Positions 19,158-28,592 of a DNA stretch of 64,000 bases are shown here, one piece after another. This DNA comes from an uncultured Actinomycetota bacterium (GTDB lineage Bacteria; Actinomycetota; UBA4738; HRBIN12). How positions within the stretch are numbered: the stretch's first letter is position 1; every line of letters starts with the position of its first letter. Where the stretch lies: positions 357,296 to 421,295 of the forward strand of contig CAVVSH010000015.1 in the NCBI GenBank assembly GCA_963750945.1. Reading direction: 5' to 3'. The notes under the pieces were generated by a model. It did no database searches. It was not told where the DNA came from and saw nothing but the letters and a program-made list of their open reading frames with translations. The translations under genes and the position numbers were made by a program.

Positions 19158-20150
19158 CTACGACTCCATCGGAGAGAGCGCCTCGAGGGCGGCGGCGACG
19201 TCCGCCGTGTCGAACAGAGGCCCCCATCGGTCCGCGATGACGCCGTCGGAGCCGATCAGGTACAGCCAGGGCTCGGTCATCTCGGGAGTGCCGTCCGAAG
19301 TCTCGCGAAGCAGCCAGTCCGCCGCACCTTGATTGATGACCTGGGTCTCCGGGGGGTCGTAGTGCTTCCAGATCTCGATGTGGATGTAGATCGCGCGGTC
19401 CGGGTACTCCGCGCCGATCCGCTGCAGCTCGGTGACCTCCGGGCCGCAGAACCGGCTGGTGCAGTACGCCGGCGTCCCGAAGAGGACGAGGGCGGGCCGG
19501 CCTTCTGCGATCGCGTCCGCGATCGTCCACTCGTGGAGCTCGGGGTCGGGGATCTCGCCACCGCCGTCGGCCATCGAATCGATCGCCCCGGGCCGGACGT
19601 TCGAGTCCATCGTGAGGTTCTCGGTGGCGAGCGCGGGCATGCCGGGTGCGGGGATCCCCGACTCCTGCCGCACCGGGAAGTCGGTCGTGAGCTGGCGGGG
19701 GACGCTGTCGATCTCGATCGAGATCGTCGCCCGCCAGATGCCCGCCTCGTCGAACATCACGTCGGTCGCCTCGTACACCCCGTTCGCTCCCGTGACGATC
19801 GCCGGCGCGTCGCCCGAAACGTCGGTCCCTGGGACCGGGACGTAGGTCGCGGTGGCAGTGGGGCCGGCCGACGGCTCCCCGTTGCCATCCGTGCCGAGGG
19901 AGGAGAACGCGAGGTCGACCGAGCCCTGCGTGACGACCCGGAGACCGTTCGCGTCGCTCGCGAGGACGCCTACCTGGATGCGCTGCGGCGCCCCCACGTA
20001 GTGCCACGTGCTGGCCATCTGGGCGGAATAGGAGGTGTCGAGTCCTCCCTCGGAGCCGTTCTCGCCGGTCGCGCACGAGGCGCCGACGGTTGCCAGAGCG
20101 AGCATCCAGAGCAGGAGGGGTCGCCGGATCATCCGAACCCACCTTCTCAT
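19158..20150 (-). CDS. Uncharacterised lipoprotein with C-terminal thioredoxin-like domain (CxxxxC)
   Basis: Lipobox-like LALATVGASC; PALVLFGTPAYCTSRFCGP; TEPWLYLIGSDGVIADRW. ATG overlaps the ogt stop (ATGA). Confidence 0.7.
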   Translation of the reverse strand: MRRWVRMIRRPLLLWMLALATVGASCATGENGSEGGLDTSYSAQMASTWHYVGAPQRIQVGVLASDANGLRVVTQGSVDLAFSSLGTDGNGEPSAGPTATATYVPVPGTDVSGDAPAIVTGANGVYEATDVMFDEAGIWRATISIEIDSVPRQLTTDFPVRQESGIPAPGMPALATENLTMDSNVRPGAIDSMADGGGEIPDPELHEWTIADAIAEGRPALVLFGTPAYCTSRFCGPEVTELQRIGAEYPDRAIYIHIEIWKHYDPPETQVINQGAADWLLRETSDGTPEMTEPWLYLIGSDGVIADRWGPLFDTADVAAALEALSPMES

Positions 20151-20644
20151 GAGCTCGAGGAAGCGTCGGCGAGCGCTCCCTCCAGGCGCAGGAGGAACCG
20201 GCGCCGGTCGTCGTGACGCCCGTAGCTTCCGAGACGGGGACCGGCTCGGACGACGCGGTGGCAGGGGACGAACAGCTCGATCGGGCAGCGCGCGAGCGCG
20301 CTGCCCGCCGCGCGGCCGCCGCGGGCCGCGCCCGCGGCGGCCGCCACGTCCCCGTAGGTCCACATCTGCCCGTAGGGGATCGTTCTCACGGTCTCGAGGA
20401 CCCGTCGCGCGAATCCTTCGCCGAGACCCGAGAGGTCGGCCGGTGTCTCGAACGCCTGCAGCGTGCCACGGAAGTACGCATCGACCTCGCGGCGGATCGA
20501 CGCGGTTCTTCGGCGATCCTCCGAGGCGTCGGGATCGGTCTCGACTGGGTCCTCCTCGCCGAAGATCGTTCGCACCACGCCCGCATCCCCGGCGAAGATC
20601 GTGAAGGGACCGAGCGGGGTGTCGATCGTCGTGCGGACGAGCAT
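20147..20644 (-). CDS. ogt: Methylated-DNA-protein-cysteine methyltransferase
   Basis: IPYGQMWTYGDVA, RAAGSAL, FVPCHRVV active site. Confidence 0.95.
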   Translation of the reverse strand: MLVRTTIDTPLGPFTIFAGDAGVVRTIFGEEDPVETDPDASEDRRRTASIRREVDAYFRGTLQAFETPADLSGLGEGFARRVLETVRTIPYGQMWTYGDVAAAAGAARGGRAAGSALARCPIELFVPCHRVVRAGPRLGSYGRHDDRRRFLLRLEGALADASSSS

Positions 20645-21390
20645 CAGATCGGCGGCCAGGGGAACGGGCGGTGGTCCTCCTCCGGCTCGGGGAACCGCTC
20701 CAGCGAGGCCACCTCCGAGGCGCGCGATTCGAGGGCCGCAAGCTCCGGCGCGGCGAGCAGGTTGGCGAGCTCCTCGCGCACCGGGCCCTCTCGGAGATCG
20801 ACGGCCAGCCGGCGGATGTCAGTCCGCACCTGGTCCTCCAGCGTGTCCCCGATGAAGTCCCAGATCACGGTGCGGAGCTTCGGCTCCTCGCTGAAGCACA
20901 CCCCGTGATCCACGACGTAGATCCGTCCGTCCTCCCCGAGCAGACAATGCCCGCTCTTCCGATCGGCGTTGTTGATGACCAGATCGAAGGCCGCGATCCG
21001 TCGGAACTCGTCGGGGAAGCGCTCTCCGAGGGTGAAGTAGTGCTCCTCGGGGTCGGCCGTCACGAACCGCTGGACCGAGCCGATGCCGTACGGACCGTCG
21101 CGCAGGACGGTGGCGGGCACGTGGGGCCAACCGAGGGTTCGGGCGACGACGTAGGTCGCGACCTCGCGCGCGCACAGGGTGCCCTCGGGGAAGTCCCACA
21201 GCGGCGTCTCACCTCGGCGGGGCTTGTACACCGCGAGGCTCTCCTCGTCCTCGCCGCGAGCGCGGGCGAGGAAGGTGTGGTTCGAGGCGTTCGGGAGCAG
21301 ACCGAGGACCTCGAGCTCGCCGGTGGCGAGGACCCGGGGGATCGCGGGGTCCGTCAGGCCCGCTTCGAGTGCCCGTTCATCGCGGGACAC
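20644..21390 (-). CDS. SCO1664-family protein (PI3/PI4-kinase-like)
   Basis: ASNHTFL, AVYKPRRGETPLWDFPEGTLCAREVA, LRDGPYGIGSVQ, DLVINNADRKSGH, VDHGVCF. Confidence 0.9.
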   Translation of the reverse strand: MSRDERALEAGLTDPAIPRVLATGELEVLGLLPNASNHTFLARARGEDEESLAVYKPRRGETPLWDFPEGTLCAREVATYVVARTLGWPHVPATVLRDGPYGIGSVQRFVTADPEEHYFTLGERFPDEFRRIAAFDLVINNADRKSGHCLLGEDGRIYVVDHGVCFSEEPKLRTVIWDFIGDTLEDQVRTDIRRLAVDLREGPVREELANLLAAPELAALESRASEVASLERFPEPEEDHRPFPWPPI

Positions 21391-21884
21391 GCGTGGCCCT
21401 CCGCGTCGATCGGATTCCCGCAGAACTGGCACGTCGGGCGGCCTCGGGCGGCCACTGCCGCCCCGTGCCGAGAAAGCGCCAGCATCTGCGCCGGTGACGC
21501 CCAGATCCGGATCGATTCGGGCTCCGTGCCGGGGACCACCGGTCGCGGATCCTCGATGTCGAGGTCCTCGAGGTCGGGTTGGAACTCCTCGACCTCGAGC
21601 AGGAACAGGTCACGATCCTCGTCGAAGCCGATCGAGAGGCGACCCGCTCGCCACCTCGGGTCCAGGGGCTCCTGGAGCGCCATCGTGGTGTCGTCCGCCA
21701 CCGGTTCGGTCGTCGGCGCGTCCTCGAGCAGCTCCATCACGGATGCGGCGAGCAGCTGCACCTGCTGCTTCTCCACGATCACCGTCACGATCTCCTTACC
21801 GGCGCGCGCCTGGATGTAGAACGTCCGGTCGCCCGGCTCGCCCACGGCGTCGGCGGTGATGTGATCGACGGGTCCGAGGTCCAT
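21354..21884 (-). CDS. DUF3090-family protein
   Basis: TADAVGEPGDRTFYIQAR, VEKQQV, RPTCQFCGNPIDAEGHACPAMNGH. Confidence 0.9.
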   Translation of the reverse strand: MDLGPVDHITADAVGEPGDRTFYIQARAGKEIVTVIVEKQQVQLLAASVMELLEDAPTTEPVADDTTMALQEPLDPRWRAGRLSIGFDEDRDLFLLEVEEFQPDLEDLDIEDPRPVVPGTEPESIRIWASPAQMLALSRHGAAVAARGRPTCQFCGNPIDAEGHACPAMNGHSKRA

Positions 21885-21888
21885 CGAC

Positions 21889-22575
21889 CTATCCTCGCAG
21901 CTTCCCCTTGCGGTCAGCCTTGGAGGGCGGACCACCACCCTTCCCCGGCCCGCCGCTCTCTTTCGTCGGGGCGAAGCGGCGAAGGCTTCCCGTGTCATTC
22001 ACCAGGAGGATCCGCGGCACGCCCTCACCCAGATGCACGACCGAGACCGATGCGGGTTCTGCCGTGACGCGCTGGAACTGATCGAGATGGGCCCCCGTGT
22101 AGTGGGAGATCAGGACGCGGACGAGGTCGCCGTGCGTGCCCACGGCGATCCGACCGCGTGGGTGTCGGGCCACGATCCGCTCGACCTCGTCCAACACCCG
22201 GGCCTCCGCGTCGACGAAGCTCTCGCCGCCCGGGAAGGAGAATCGGGAGGGGTTGCGCTGCACCATCTCCCAGAGCTTCAGGCGCCGGAGGGAACGGAGC
22301 GTCCGTCCCGTCCATGTGCCGGCGTCCATCTCGATCAGCGCCTCCGAGGTCCTGATCGCCAGCCTGTGAGCCTCCGCCAGCGGCTCCATCGTCTCGACGC
22401 AGCGCTCGAGAGGGCTCGAGTACAGGGCGGTGAGGCGAACGCCCTCGAAGCGCTCGACGAGCGCGGCCGCCTGACGGCGGCCGCGCTCGTCGAGATGGAT
22501 CCCCGGCGTCCGGCCGTACAGCCGCGACCCCGTCACGGCGGTGACGCCGTGACGGATCAGGAACAGGGTCGTCAT
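21889..22575 (-). CDS. Histidine phosphatase, MSMEG_4193 family
   Basis: LIRHGVT, LYGRTPGIHL, YSSPLERCVET, GTHGDLVR, DQFQRV. Confidence 0.9.
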   Translation of the reverse strand: MTTLFLIRHGVTAVTGSRLYGRTPGIHLDERGRRQAAALVERFEGVRLTALYSSPLERCVETMEPLAEAHRLAIRTSEALIEMDAGTWTGRTLRSLRRLKLWEMVQRNPSRFSFPGGESFVDAEARVLDEVERIVARHPRGRIAVGTHGDLVRVLISHYTGAHLDQFQRVTAEPASVSVVHLGEGVPRILLVNDTGSLRRFAPTKESGGPGKGGGPPSKADRKGKLRG

Positions 22576-22668
22576 CGCGCTGGAGCATACGAGGGTCGTT
22601 CGCCGGCTCCGAGCGCGCGACCGACCTCTCGATCTTCGGATCCTCGCTCCGTATGGGAGCATCGATCC

Positions 22669-24213
22669 GTGGAAGTGAGTCGGCGGGCTCGACACGACGA
22701 CCGGCCGTTCGCGGTGGTGGACGTCGGGTCGAACTCGGCGCGGATGATCGTCTTCCGTCTGCGCCCGGGTGAGCACCTGGACGTGCTCGAGGATGCGCGT
22801 GCACCGCTCCGCCTCGGACGAGAGCTGCGCGACGACGACCGCCTCGGGTCGGAGGCGATCGACCGGACCCTCGAGACGCTCCGGGATTTCAAGGCGATCG
22901 CCGACGGCGCGGGAGCGGGCAGGATGATCGCCGTCGCGACCTCCGCCGTTCGCGAGTCTCGCGACGGGGGACGGCTCGTCAAGGAAGCGCACGCGTTGGG
23001 GGTGCCGCTGGAGATCATCGACGGCGATCTCGAGGCGAGGTTCGGTTTCCTGGGCGCCGTGCACGACCTGCCGGTCGTGCACGGCGCCGCGATGGACGTG
23101 GGCGGCGGAAGCATGGAGCTCACGAGCTTCCACGATCGGCGGTTCGATCGATCCTGGACGTTCCCGTTCGGGTCCCTCCGCGTGAGCGATCGGTTCCTCG
23201 CTTCGGACCCGCCGTCGGATCGCGAGATGAAGGACCTGCGCAAGGCGGTGGCCGCGGCGTTCGAGGGCTCGGGTGTGCCCGAGCTGGGTGAGCATGGCGA
23301 TCTGGTGGGGATCGGGGGCACCGTGCGGAACCTCGCCAAGATGGATCTCCGCCGGACCGATCACCCGTTACCGCTCCTCCACGGATACGAGCTCCGGGAG
23401 GAGAACCTCGAGTGGATCATCGATGATCTCGCGGCGCGCACGATGAAGCGCCGCGCGCGGCTCCGCGGGCTCAACCCCGACCGTGCCGACTCGATCGTGG
23501 GGGGCGCGCTCGTCGTGCTCGCCGCGATGCGACACCTCGGCGCGGGGCGACTGGTGGTCTCGAGCCGAGGGCTTCGCGAGGGCCTCGCGCTGGGAGACCT
23601 CTCGTCCGTCCCCTCACCTCGAGAGGTGCGGACGATCTCCGCGGCGACGCTCGCCGCGCGGTTCGCGACGTGGAACGTGACCGTCGCGGAGCGCCGGTCC
23701 TCGCTCGCTGTCCAGCTGATCGACGCGCTCGATCCCGACGCGACGCCGTTCGTCGTGGAGATGCTCGAGCACGCGGCCGCGTTGCTGGACGTGGGGAAGG
23801 CGATCGATCACTACGAGCGGTTCGAGCACACCGCGATGATCGTGACCACGGCGGACCTCGCCGGATTCACCCACGAGGCTCTCGGCATCCTGTCCGCGAT
23901 CCTCCGACACGCGGGAGGGGCGGCGAGCCTCGGCCCGTACGCGCGGCTGATCCCGGCCGGCGAGCGCCCCGCGGTTCGTCGGACGGCCGTCGCGCTCGCC
24001 CTCGCCGAAGAGCTCCACCGGCGCATCCCCCCCGGTGAACCGGCCTCGATCACGTGCAGGTGGCGAGGGCGGTTCGAGGTCGAGGCCCCGGTCCCGGCAC
24101 CGTGGCACCCCAGGGGGGTGGCCGACCGGTTCCGAACGGTCTTCGGTGCGAGGCTCTCGATCGTGCCCGCGCCGGACGCTCGGCAGCTCAACCCGGTGAT
24201 GGCACCCGACTAG
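22669..24213 (+). CDS. ppx: Ppx/GppA exopolyphosphatase with degenerate HD domain
   Basis: VDVGSNSARM, DGDLEARFGFLG, DVGGGSMEL, GIGGTVRNL, GLREG. The HD motif reads LLDVG. Confidence 0.9.
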   Translation: MEVSRRARHDDRPFAVVDVGSNSARMIVFRLRPGEHLDVLEDARAPLRLGRELRDDDRLGSEAIDRTLETLRDFKAIADGAGAGRMIAVATSAVRESRDGGRLVKEAHALGVPLEIIDGDLEARFGFLGAVHDLPVVHGAAMDVGGGSMELTSFHDRRFDRSWTFPFGSLRVSDRFLASDPPSDREMKDLRKAVAAAFEGSGVPELGEHGDLVGIGGTVRNLAKMDLRRTDHPLPLLHGYELREENLEWIIDDLAARTMKRRARLRGLNPDRADSIVGGALVVLAAMRHLGAGRLVVSSRGLREGLALGDLSSVPSPREVRTISAATLAARFATWNVTVAERRSSLAVQLIDALDPDATPFVVEMLEHAAALLDVGKAIDHYERFEHTAMIVTTADLAGFTHEALGILSAILRHAGGAASLGPYARLIPAGERPAVRRTAVALALAEELHRRIPPGEPASITCRWRGRFEVEAPVPAPWHPRGVADRFRTVFGARLSIVPAPDARQLNPVMAPD

Positions 24214-24226
24214 TGCGAGAGAGAGC

Positions 24227-25381
24227 TCAGCGACGAGGTGTCGCGGGAAGCGTGACCCGAAACGTCGTCCCGCGGCCGAGCTCGCTCTCGACCTCGAGGC
24301 TTCCCCCGTGGTTGTCGACCACATGTTTCACGATCGCGAGCCCGAGTCCCGTTCCACCCGTCTCACGGGATCGGGCCCGGTCGACGCGATAGAAACGCTC
24401 GAAGATCCGCGAGATGTCTCGGGAGGGGATCCCGATCCCCGTGTCGGTGACACGCAGGGTCACCTCGTCCCCGTCGGAATCGACCTGGACCTGCACCTTG
24501 TCCCCTTCATGGCTGTAGCGGACCGCGTTGTCGATGAGGTTGCGCACCAGCAGCGTGAGATCCCTCTGCGATCCGCGGACCGGCTGCTCGCTCTCGGTCA
24601 GGATCTCCAAGGTCACCCCCGCCCGCTCGGCCGATTCCTCCAATCGCTGCCCTTCCTCGCGGGCGGCGGCCCCCAACGACACGATCTCGTCGAGCGCGCT
24701 CCCGGATTCCAGTCTCGAGAGATCGAGCAGGTCGGCGACGATGCGCGAGAGACGAACGGCCTCACGCTCGAGCTGCGCCGCGAACCGAGGGACCGCCGCG
24801 GGATCGTCCACCGCGGCCTGGCCGAGGGTCTCGGCGACCGCCTGGATGGTGGCCGCGGGCGTCTTGAGCTCGTGGGAGGCGTTCGCCACGAAGTCGCGTC
24901 GCACGTCCTCGAGCTGGCGTTGCTGGGTGACGTCACGCACGACGACCAGCGTCGCACCGTCGGCGGCCGGGGTGATCGTCCCCCGCAGCCATCGAGTCGG
25001 CACCCCGGTTTCCACCAGCACGGATGTGGGCTCAGCACGCTGACGACTCTCGTGGATCGCCGTTCGAAGGGCGAGCGGCAACACGGTATCGAGGGAATCG
25101 GGGGTCGAGGGAAGGTGGTGTCGGGCGATCGCATCGTTCGCGAACGCCACCCCGGCGTCTCGCCCGATGAGCATGACCCCATCCTGCATCGTGGACAGGA
25201 CCAGATCCCGGGTTCGGCGCTCCTCCTCTGCCTCGATGCGCTGCTCACGGCCCGCCGTCTCTGCTGCGACGGCCCGTTCCTCCCAGGCGCGGCCGGACCT
25301 GACGGCGCGCGGCAGAGCCCAGGAAGCGGCAACGACGACTGCGAGCACCACCACGAGGAGCACCACCGTGACCGGGTCCAC
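24227..25381 (-). CDS. Sensor histidine kinase, PhoR/SenX3-like
   Basis: One N-terminal TM and a PAS-like segment; DFVANASHELKTP H-box; NLIDNAVRY; DTGIGI; FERFYRVDRARSRETGGTGLGL. TAGACT -10 lies 7 nt before the GTG. Confidence 0.92.
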   Translation of the reverse strand: MDPVTVVLLVVVLAVVVAASWALPRAVRSGRAWEERAVAAETAGREQRIEAEEERRTRDLVLSTMQDGVMLIGRDAGVAFANDAIARHHLPSTPDSLDTVLPLALRTAIHESRQRAEPTSVLVETGVPTRWLRGTITPAADGATLVVVRDVTQQRQLEDVRRDFVANASHELKTPAATIQAVAETLGQAAVDDPAAVPRFAAQLEREAVRLSRIVADLLDLSRLESGSALDEIVSLGAAAREEGQRLEESAERAGVTLEILTESEQPVRGSQRDLTLLVRNLIDNAVRYSHEGDKVQVQVDSDGDEVTLRVTDTGIGIPSRDISRIFERFYRVDRARSRETGGTGLGLAIVKHVVDNHGGSLEVESELGRGTTFRVTLPATPRR

Positions 25382-25410
25382 GCGCGGGAGTCTAGGCGCG
25401 CGGTGCCCTC

Positions 25411-25454
25411 GTTCATGAGTCGTTCCGCCTTCGTTCTCCTCCGGTTCGCCACGA
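25411..25454 (+). promoter_or_regulatory. Four 11-bp PHO-box direct-repeat units upstream of the kinase
   Basis: GTTCATG 25411, GTTCCGC 25422, GTTCTCC 25433, GTTCGCC 25444, at exact 11-bp spacing. Confidence 0.75.
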
Positions 25455-25495
25455 CCGAGAGGTGGGCTCCGGCGTCCTGACCAGCGAAGACTCGG

Positions 25496-25517
25496 GTTCA
25501 CCTCGCGTTCACCTCGC
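25496..25517 (+). promoter_or_regulatory. PHO box (perfect 11-bp direct repeat) of the pstS promoter
   Basis: GTTCACCTCGC GTTCACCTCGC, followed by -10 TAGCAT at 25545-25550. Confidence 0.85.
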
Positions 25518-25599
25518 TGCCACGGGACCGCCATCCACCCCACCTAGCATCGCGCCGGTGTCCGGAAACCGGTACCCGGAGAAACAGGGGAGGGCAAGC

Positions 25600-26619
25600 A
25601 TGGTGAAGGGCAAGCGGTGGTTGTCGTGGGCGGCCAGCGCCACGGCGCTGATGATCGTGGCGACGGCATGTGGAGGGGACGACGATCCGGCGAACACGCC
25701 TGAGGGACTCACCGGATCGATCACGATCTCGGGCTCGTCCACGGTGGAGCCTGTTTCCTCGCTCGTGGCCCAGCTGTTCAACGAGACGAACCCCGAAGTC
25801 GAGATCTCGGTCGACGGGCCGGGGACCGGGGACGGCTTCGAGCTGTTCTGCCAGGGGGAGATCGACATCGCGGACGCCTCGCGCGCGATCGAGGAGGAGG
25901 AGGTCACCGCCTGCGAGGATGGCGGGATCGAGTACGCGGAGCTCGAGGTTGCCTTCGACGGGATCACCGTCGTGGTGAACGCAGAGAGCGCGCTCGAGTG
26001 CCTCACGACGCAGGATCTCTACGCGATCTTCGGTCCGAACTCAGCAGACGTCGAGTCGACCGGCCAGGCCAACGCGATCTCGGAGCGGGTCGGCGGGGCC
26101 GGCACCATGCCGGACCAACCGCTGGAGATCACGGCTCCTGGCGAGGAATCGGGCACCTACGACGCGTTCATCGAGCTCTCAGGGATCCCCGACTTCGCGG
26201 TCGAGGACGGCGTTGCAGAGGACGACTCCGAGGCGCTCCGGGGCGACTACACAGCGTCGAGCAACGACAACGTGATCATCCAGGCGATGGAGGGCAGCCC
26301 GAACGCGATCGGCTTCGTCGGGTTCGCGTTCGCCGAAGAAGCGGGCGACGCGATCAAGGAGGTCGGGATCGATGCCGGCGATGGATGCATCACGCCGTCG
26401 GTGGAGACGATTTCGGACGGTAGCTACCCACTCTCCCGGTCGTTGTTCATCTACCCCAACACGGCCACGGCCGGGGAGGAAGACGCCGTTCAAGCCTTCG
26501 TCGACTTCTATCTGACCGATGATGGTATGACCCTGGCGGTCGAGGAGGCGGGCTACATCCCGCTTCCTGAGGACCGCAAGCAGGCCACCCGCGATGCGTG
26601 GGAGTCTGCAGGCGCATAG
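25600..26619 (+). CDS. pstS: Phosphate ABC transporter substrate-binding lipoprotein
   Basis: Lipobox VATAC; ISGSSTV, GTGDGF, DASRAI, PGEESGT, YPLSRSLFIY. Confidence 0.95.
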   Translation: MVKGKRWLSWAASATALMIVATACGGDDDPANTPEGLTGSITISGSSTVEPVSSLVAQLFNETNPEVEISVDGPGTGDGFELFCQGEIDIADASRAIEEEEVTACEDGGIEYAELEVAFDGITVVVNAESALECLTTQDLYAIFGPNSADVESTGQANAISERVGGAGTMPDQPLEITAPGEESGTYDAFIELSGIPDFAVEDGVAEDDSEALRGDYTASSNDNVIIQAMEGSPNAIGFVGFAFAEEAGDAIKEVGIDAGDGCITPSVETISDGSYPLSRSLFIYPNTATAGEEDAVQAFVDFYLTDDGMTLAVEEAGYIPLPEDRKQATRDAWESAGA

Positions 26620-26636
26620 AGCGGAAGGCTGGCTCG

Positions 26637-26667
26637 GGCTCGGGCGTCGCCGAGCGGCGCCCGAGCC
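26637..26667 (+). terminator. Intercistronic hairpin pstS-pstC (likely mRNA stabiliser)
   Basis: GGCTCGGGCGTCGC-CGA-GCGGCGCCCGAGCC. Confidence 0.55.
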
Positions 26668-26697
26668 GGACCGGCCTGCGAAGGGGGTAGGGATCGG

Positions 26698-27648
26698 ATG
26701 GCGTCCATCGCGGCGGAGGCACCCGACCGGATGCTCGCGACGCTCCGGGGAAGCTCCCGGCGTCGGCGGAAGGAGCGCCTGGTCCAGACGTTGCTGGCCG
26801 CTGCCGCCGGGCTCTCGGTGGTGATCAGCATCAGCATCGTGCTCGCGTTGATCTTCCGAACGATCAATTTCGTCTCCAACGTGGAGCTCTCGTCGCTTTG
26901 GTCGGGTATCTGGCGACCGAGGCAGGGCGAATTCGACCTGATTTCGTTGTTCTACGGATCCCTGGTCGTCACGGGCATCGCGATGGCCGTCGCCACGCCG
27001 CTCGGCCTGGGCGCGGCCGCCTACCTCTCCGAGTACGCGAAGCCTGGCGCGCGCCGGAAGCTGAAGCCGATCCTCGAAACGCTCGCAGGGGTCCCCAGCG
27101 TCGTGATCGGGTTCTTCGCGCTCACGGTGATCAACCCGGTTATCGTGCAGGACCTCTTCGGCGCGACGAACACCTTCACGATGATGGCCGCCGGGATCGG
27201 GGTCGGGATCCTCACGATCCCCCTCGTGGCGTCGGTGGCCGAGGACGCGATGTTCGCCGTGCCGCGCGCGTTGCGCGAAGCGGCGTACGGGATCGGCGCG
27301 CGGCGACGGACCGTGACGCTCCGCATCGTGTTCCCGGCGGCGATCTCGGGGATCGTGGCCGCCTTGATCCTGGGCATCTCCCGAGCGCTCGGCGAGACGA
27401 TGGTTGTGGCGATCGCCGCCGGTGGGTCCGGCAACGCGTCGCGTACGTTGAACCCCTTCGAGCCGAATCAGACGCTCACCGCGGCGATCGCCTCGCTCGC
27501 GATCGGGTCCGATCAGGTGCAGACGAGAGGATCGGGGCTCAATGCCTTCGAGGCCCTCTACCTCGTGGGTTTCGTCCTGTTCGTGTTCACGCTCCTGCTG
27601 AACATCGTGAGCGAGCGCTTCGTGCGGAAGTACCGGAGGTCCTACTGA
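26698..27648 (+). CDS. pstC: Phosphate ABC permease PstC
   Basis: AAYLSEYA, LETLAGVPSVVIG, EDAMFAVPRALREAAYGIGA, SRALGETMVV. Confidence 0.96.
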   Translation: MASIAAEAPDRMLATLRGSSRRRRKERLVQTLLAAAAGLSVVISISIVLALIFRTINFVSNVELSSLWSGIWRPRQGEFDLISLFYGSLVVTGIAMAVATPLGLGAAAYLSEYAKPGARRKLKPILETLAGVPSVVIGFFALTVINPVIVQDLFGATNTFTMMAAGIGVGILTIPLVASVAEDAMFAVPRALREAAYGIGARRRTVTLRIVFPAAISGIVAALILGISRALGETMVVAIAAGGSGNASRTLNPFEPNQTLTAAIASLAIGSDQVQTRGSGLNAFEALYLVGFVLFVFTLLLNIVSERFVRKYRRSY

Positions 27649-28592
27649 TGGCGGTCGCCACGCCGGCCGCCACCCGGAGCACCGTGGAGCTCGCACTCGC
27701 GGGGAAGAGGAGCGACGTCTCCGGCCGGATCTTCTCCGCGCTGTTGCTGCTGTGCCTGCTCGTTTCGCTCGGCGTGCTGCTGGTCCTGCTGGGATCCGTG
27801 CTCATCGATGCGTGGCCGGTCCTCTCTGAGCGCGGCTTCGGTTTCGTGACCGGGAACCTGTCGGATTTCGAGAGCCGAGCGGGAGTGTGGCAAGGCTTGG
27901 TCGGCTCCTTGATCCTGATCGCATTCGTCGGGGTGATCGCGGTCCCTCTCGGGGTCGCCGCCGCGATCTACCTGCAGGAGTACGCCCGCGACACGAGGGC
28001 TACCCGGTCGCTGATCGCGAACATCCGGAACCTTGCCGGAGTGCCGTCCATCGTCTGGGGGATCCTCGGGGTGGTCGTCTTCGCGCAGCTCCTCCGGGGC
28101 CTCACGGGACCGGAGGTAAACGGGCTGAGCTACATCTCGGGAGGGCTGACGCTCGCCGTGCTCGTGATGCCGTTCCTGATCATCATCACGATGGAGGCGC
28201 TCCGTGCCGTTCCTCGAGGGATCCGCGAGGCCGCCTACGGCGTCGGCGCCACACGGTGGGAGGTGGTCCGGAGCCACGTCCTGCCCTATGCGGCCCCGGG
28301 TGTGTTCACTGGGACGATCCTCGCGCTCGCCCGCGCGTTCGGAGAGGCCGCGCCGATCCTCCTTGTCGGGGCCGTGTCCGGCTATCTCACCCCCGGCGGT
28401 GGTGATGGCCTGATCGACACGCTCCAGGGCAAATACACGGCGCTCCCGACGATCATCTACAACTGGTCCAGGAAGCCGGGGGATGAGTGGCCCGCCCTCA
28501 CGGCGGCCGCGATCGTGGTGTTGCTGGTCGTGATCCTCGTGGTGAATCTGGCCGCGATCCTCCTGAGGAACCGGTATGAACGGAAGTGGTGA
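27648..28592 (+). CDS. pstA: Phosphate ABC permease PstA
   Basis: [27 protein letters not shown]...[17 protein letters not shown]. Confidence 0.96.
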   Translation: MAVATPAATRSTVELALAGKRSDVSGRIFSALLLLCLLVSLGVLLVLLGSVLIDAWPVLSERGFGFVTGNLSDFESRAGVWQGLVGSLILIAFVGVIAVPLGVAAAIYLQEYARDTRATRSLIANIRNLAGVPSIVWGILGVVVFAQLLRGLTGPEVNGLSYISGGLTLAVLVMPFLIIITMEALRAVPRGIREAAYGVGATRWEVVRSHVLPYAAPGVFTGTILALARAFGEAAPILLVGAVSGYLTPGGGDGLIDTLQGKYTALPTIIYNWSRKPGDEWPALTAAAIVVLLVVILVVNLAAILLRNRYERKW

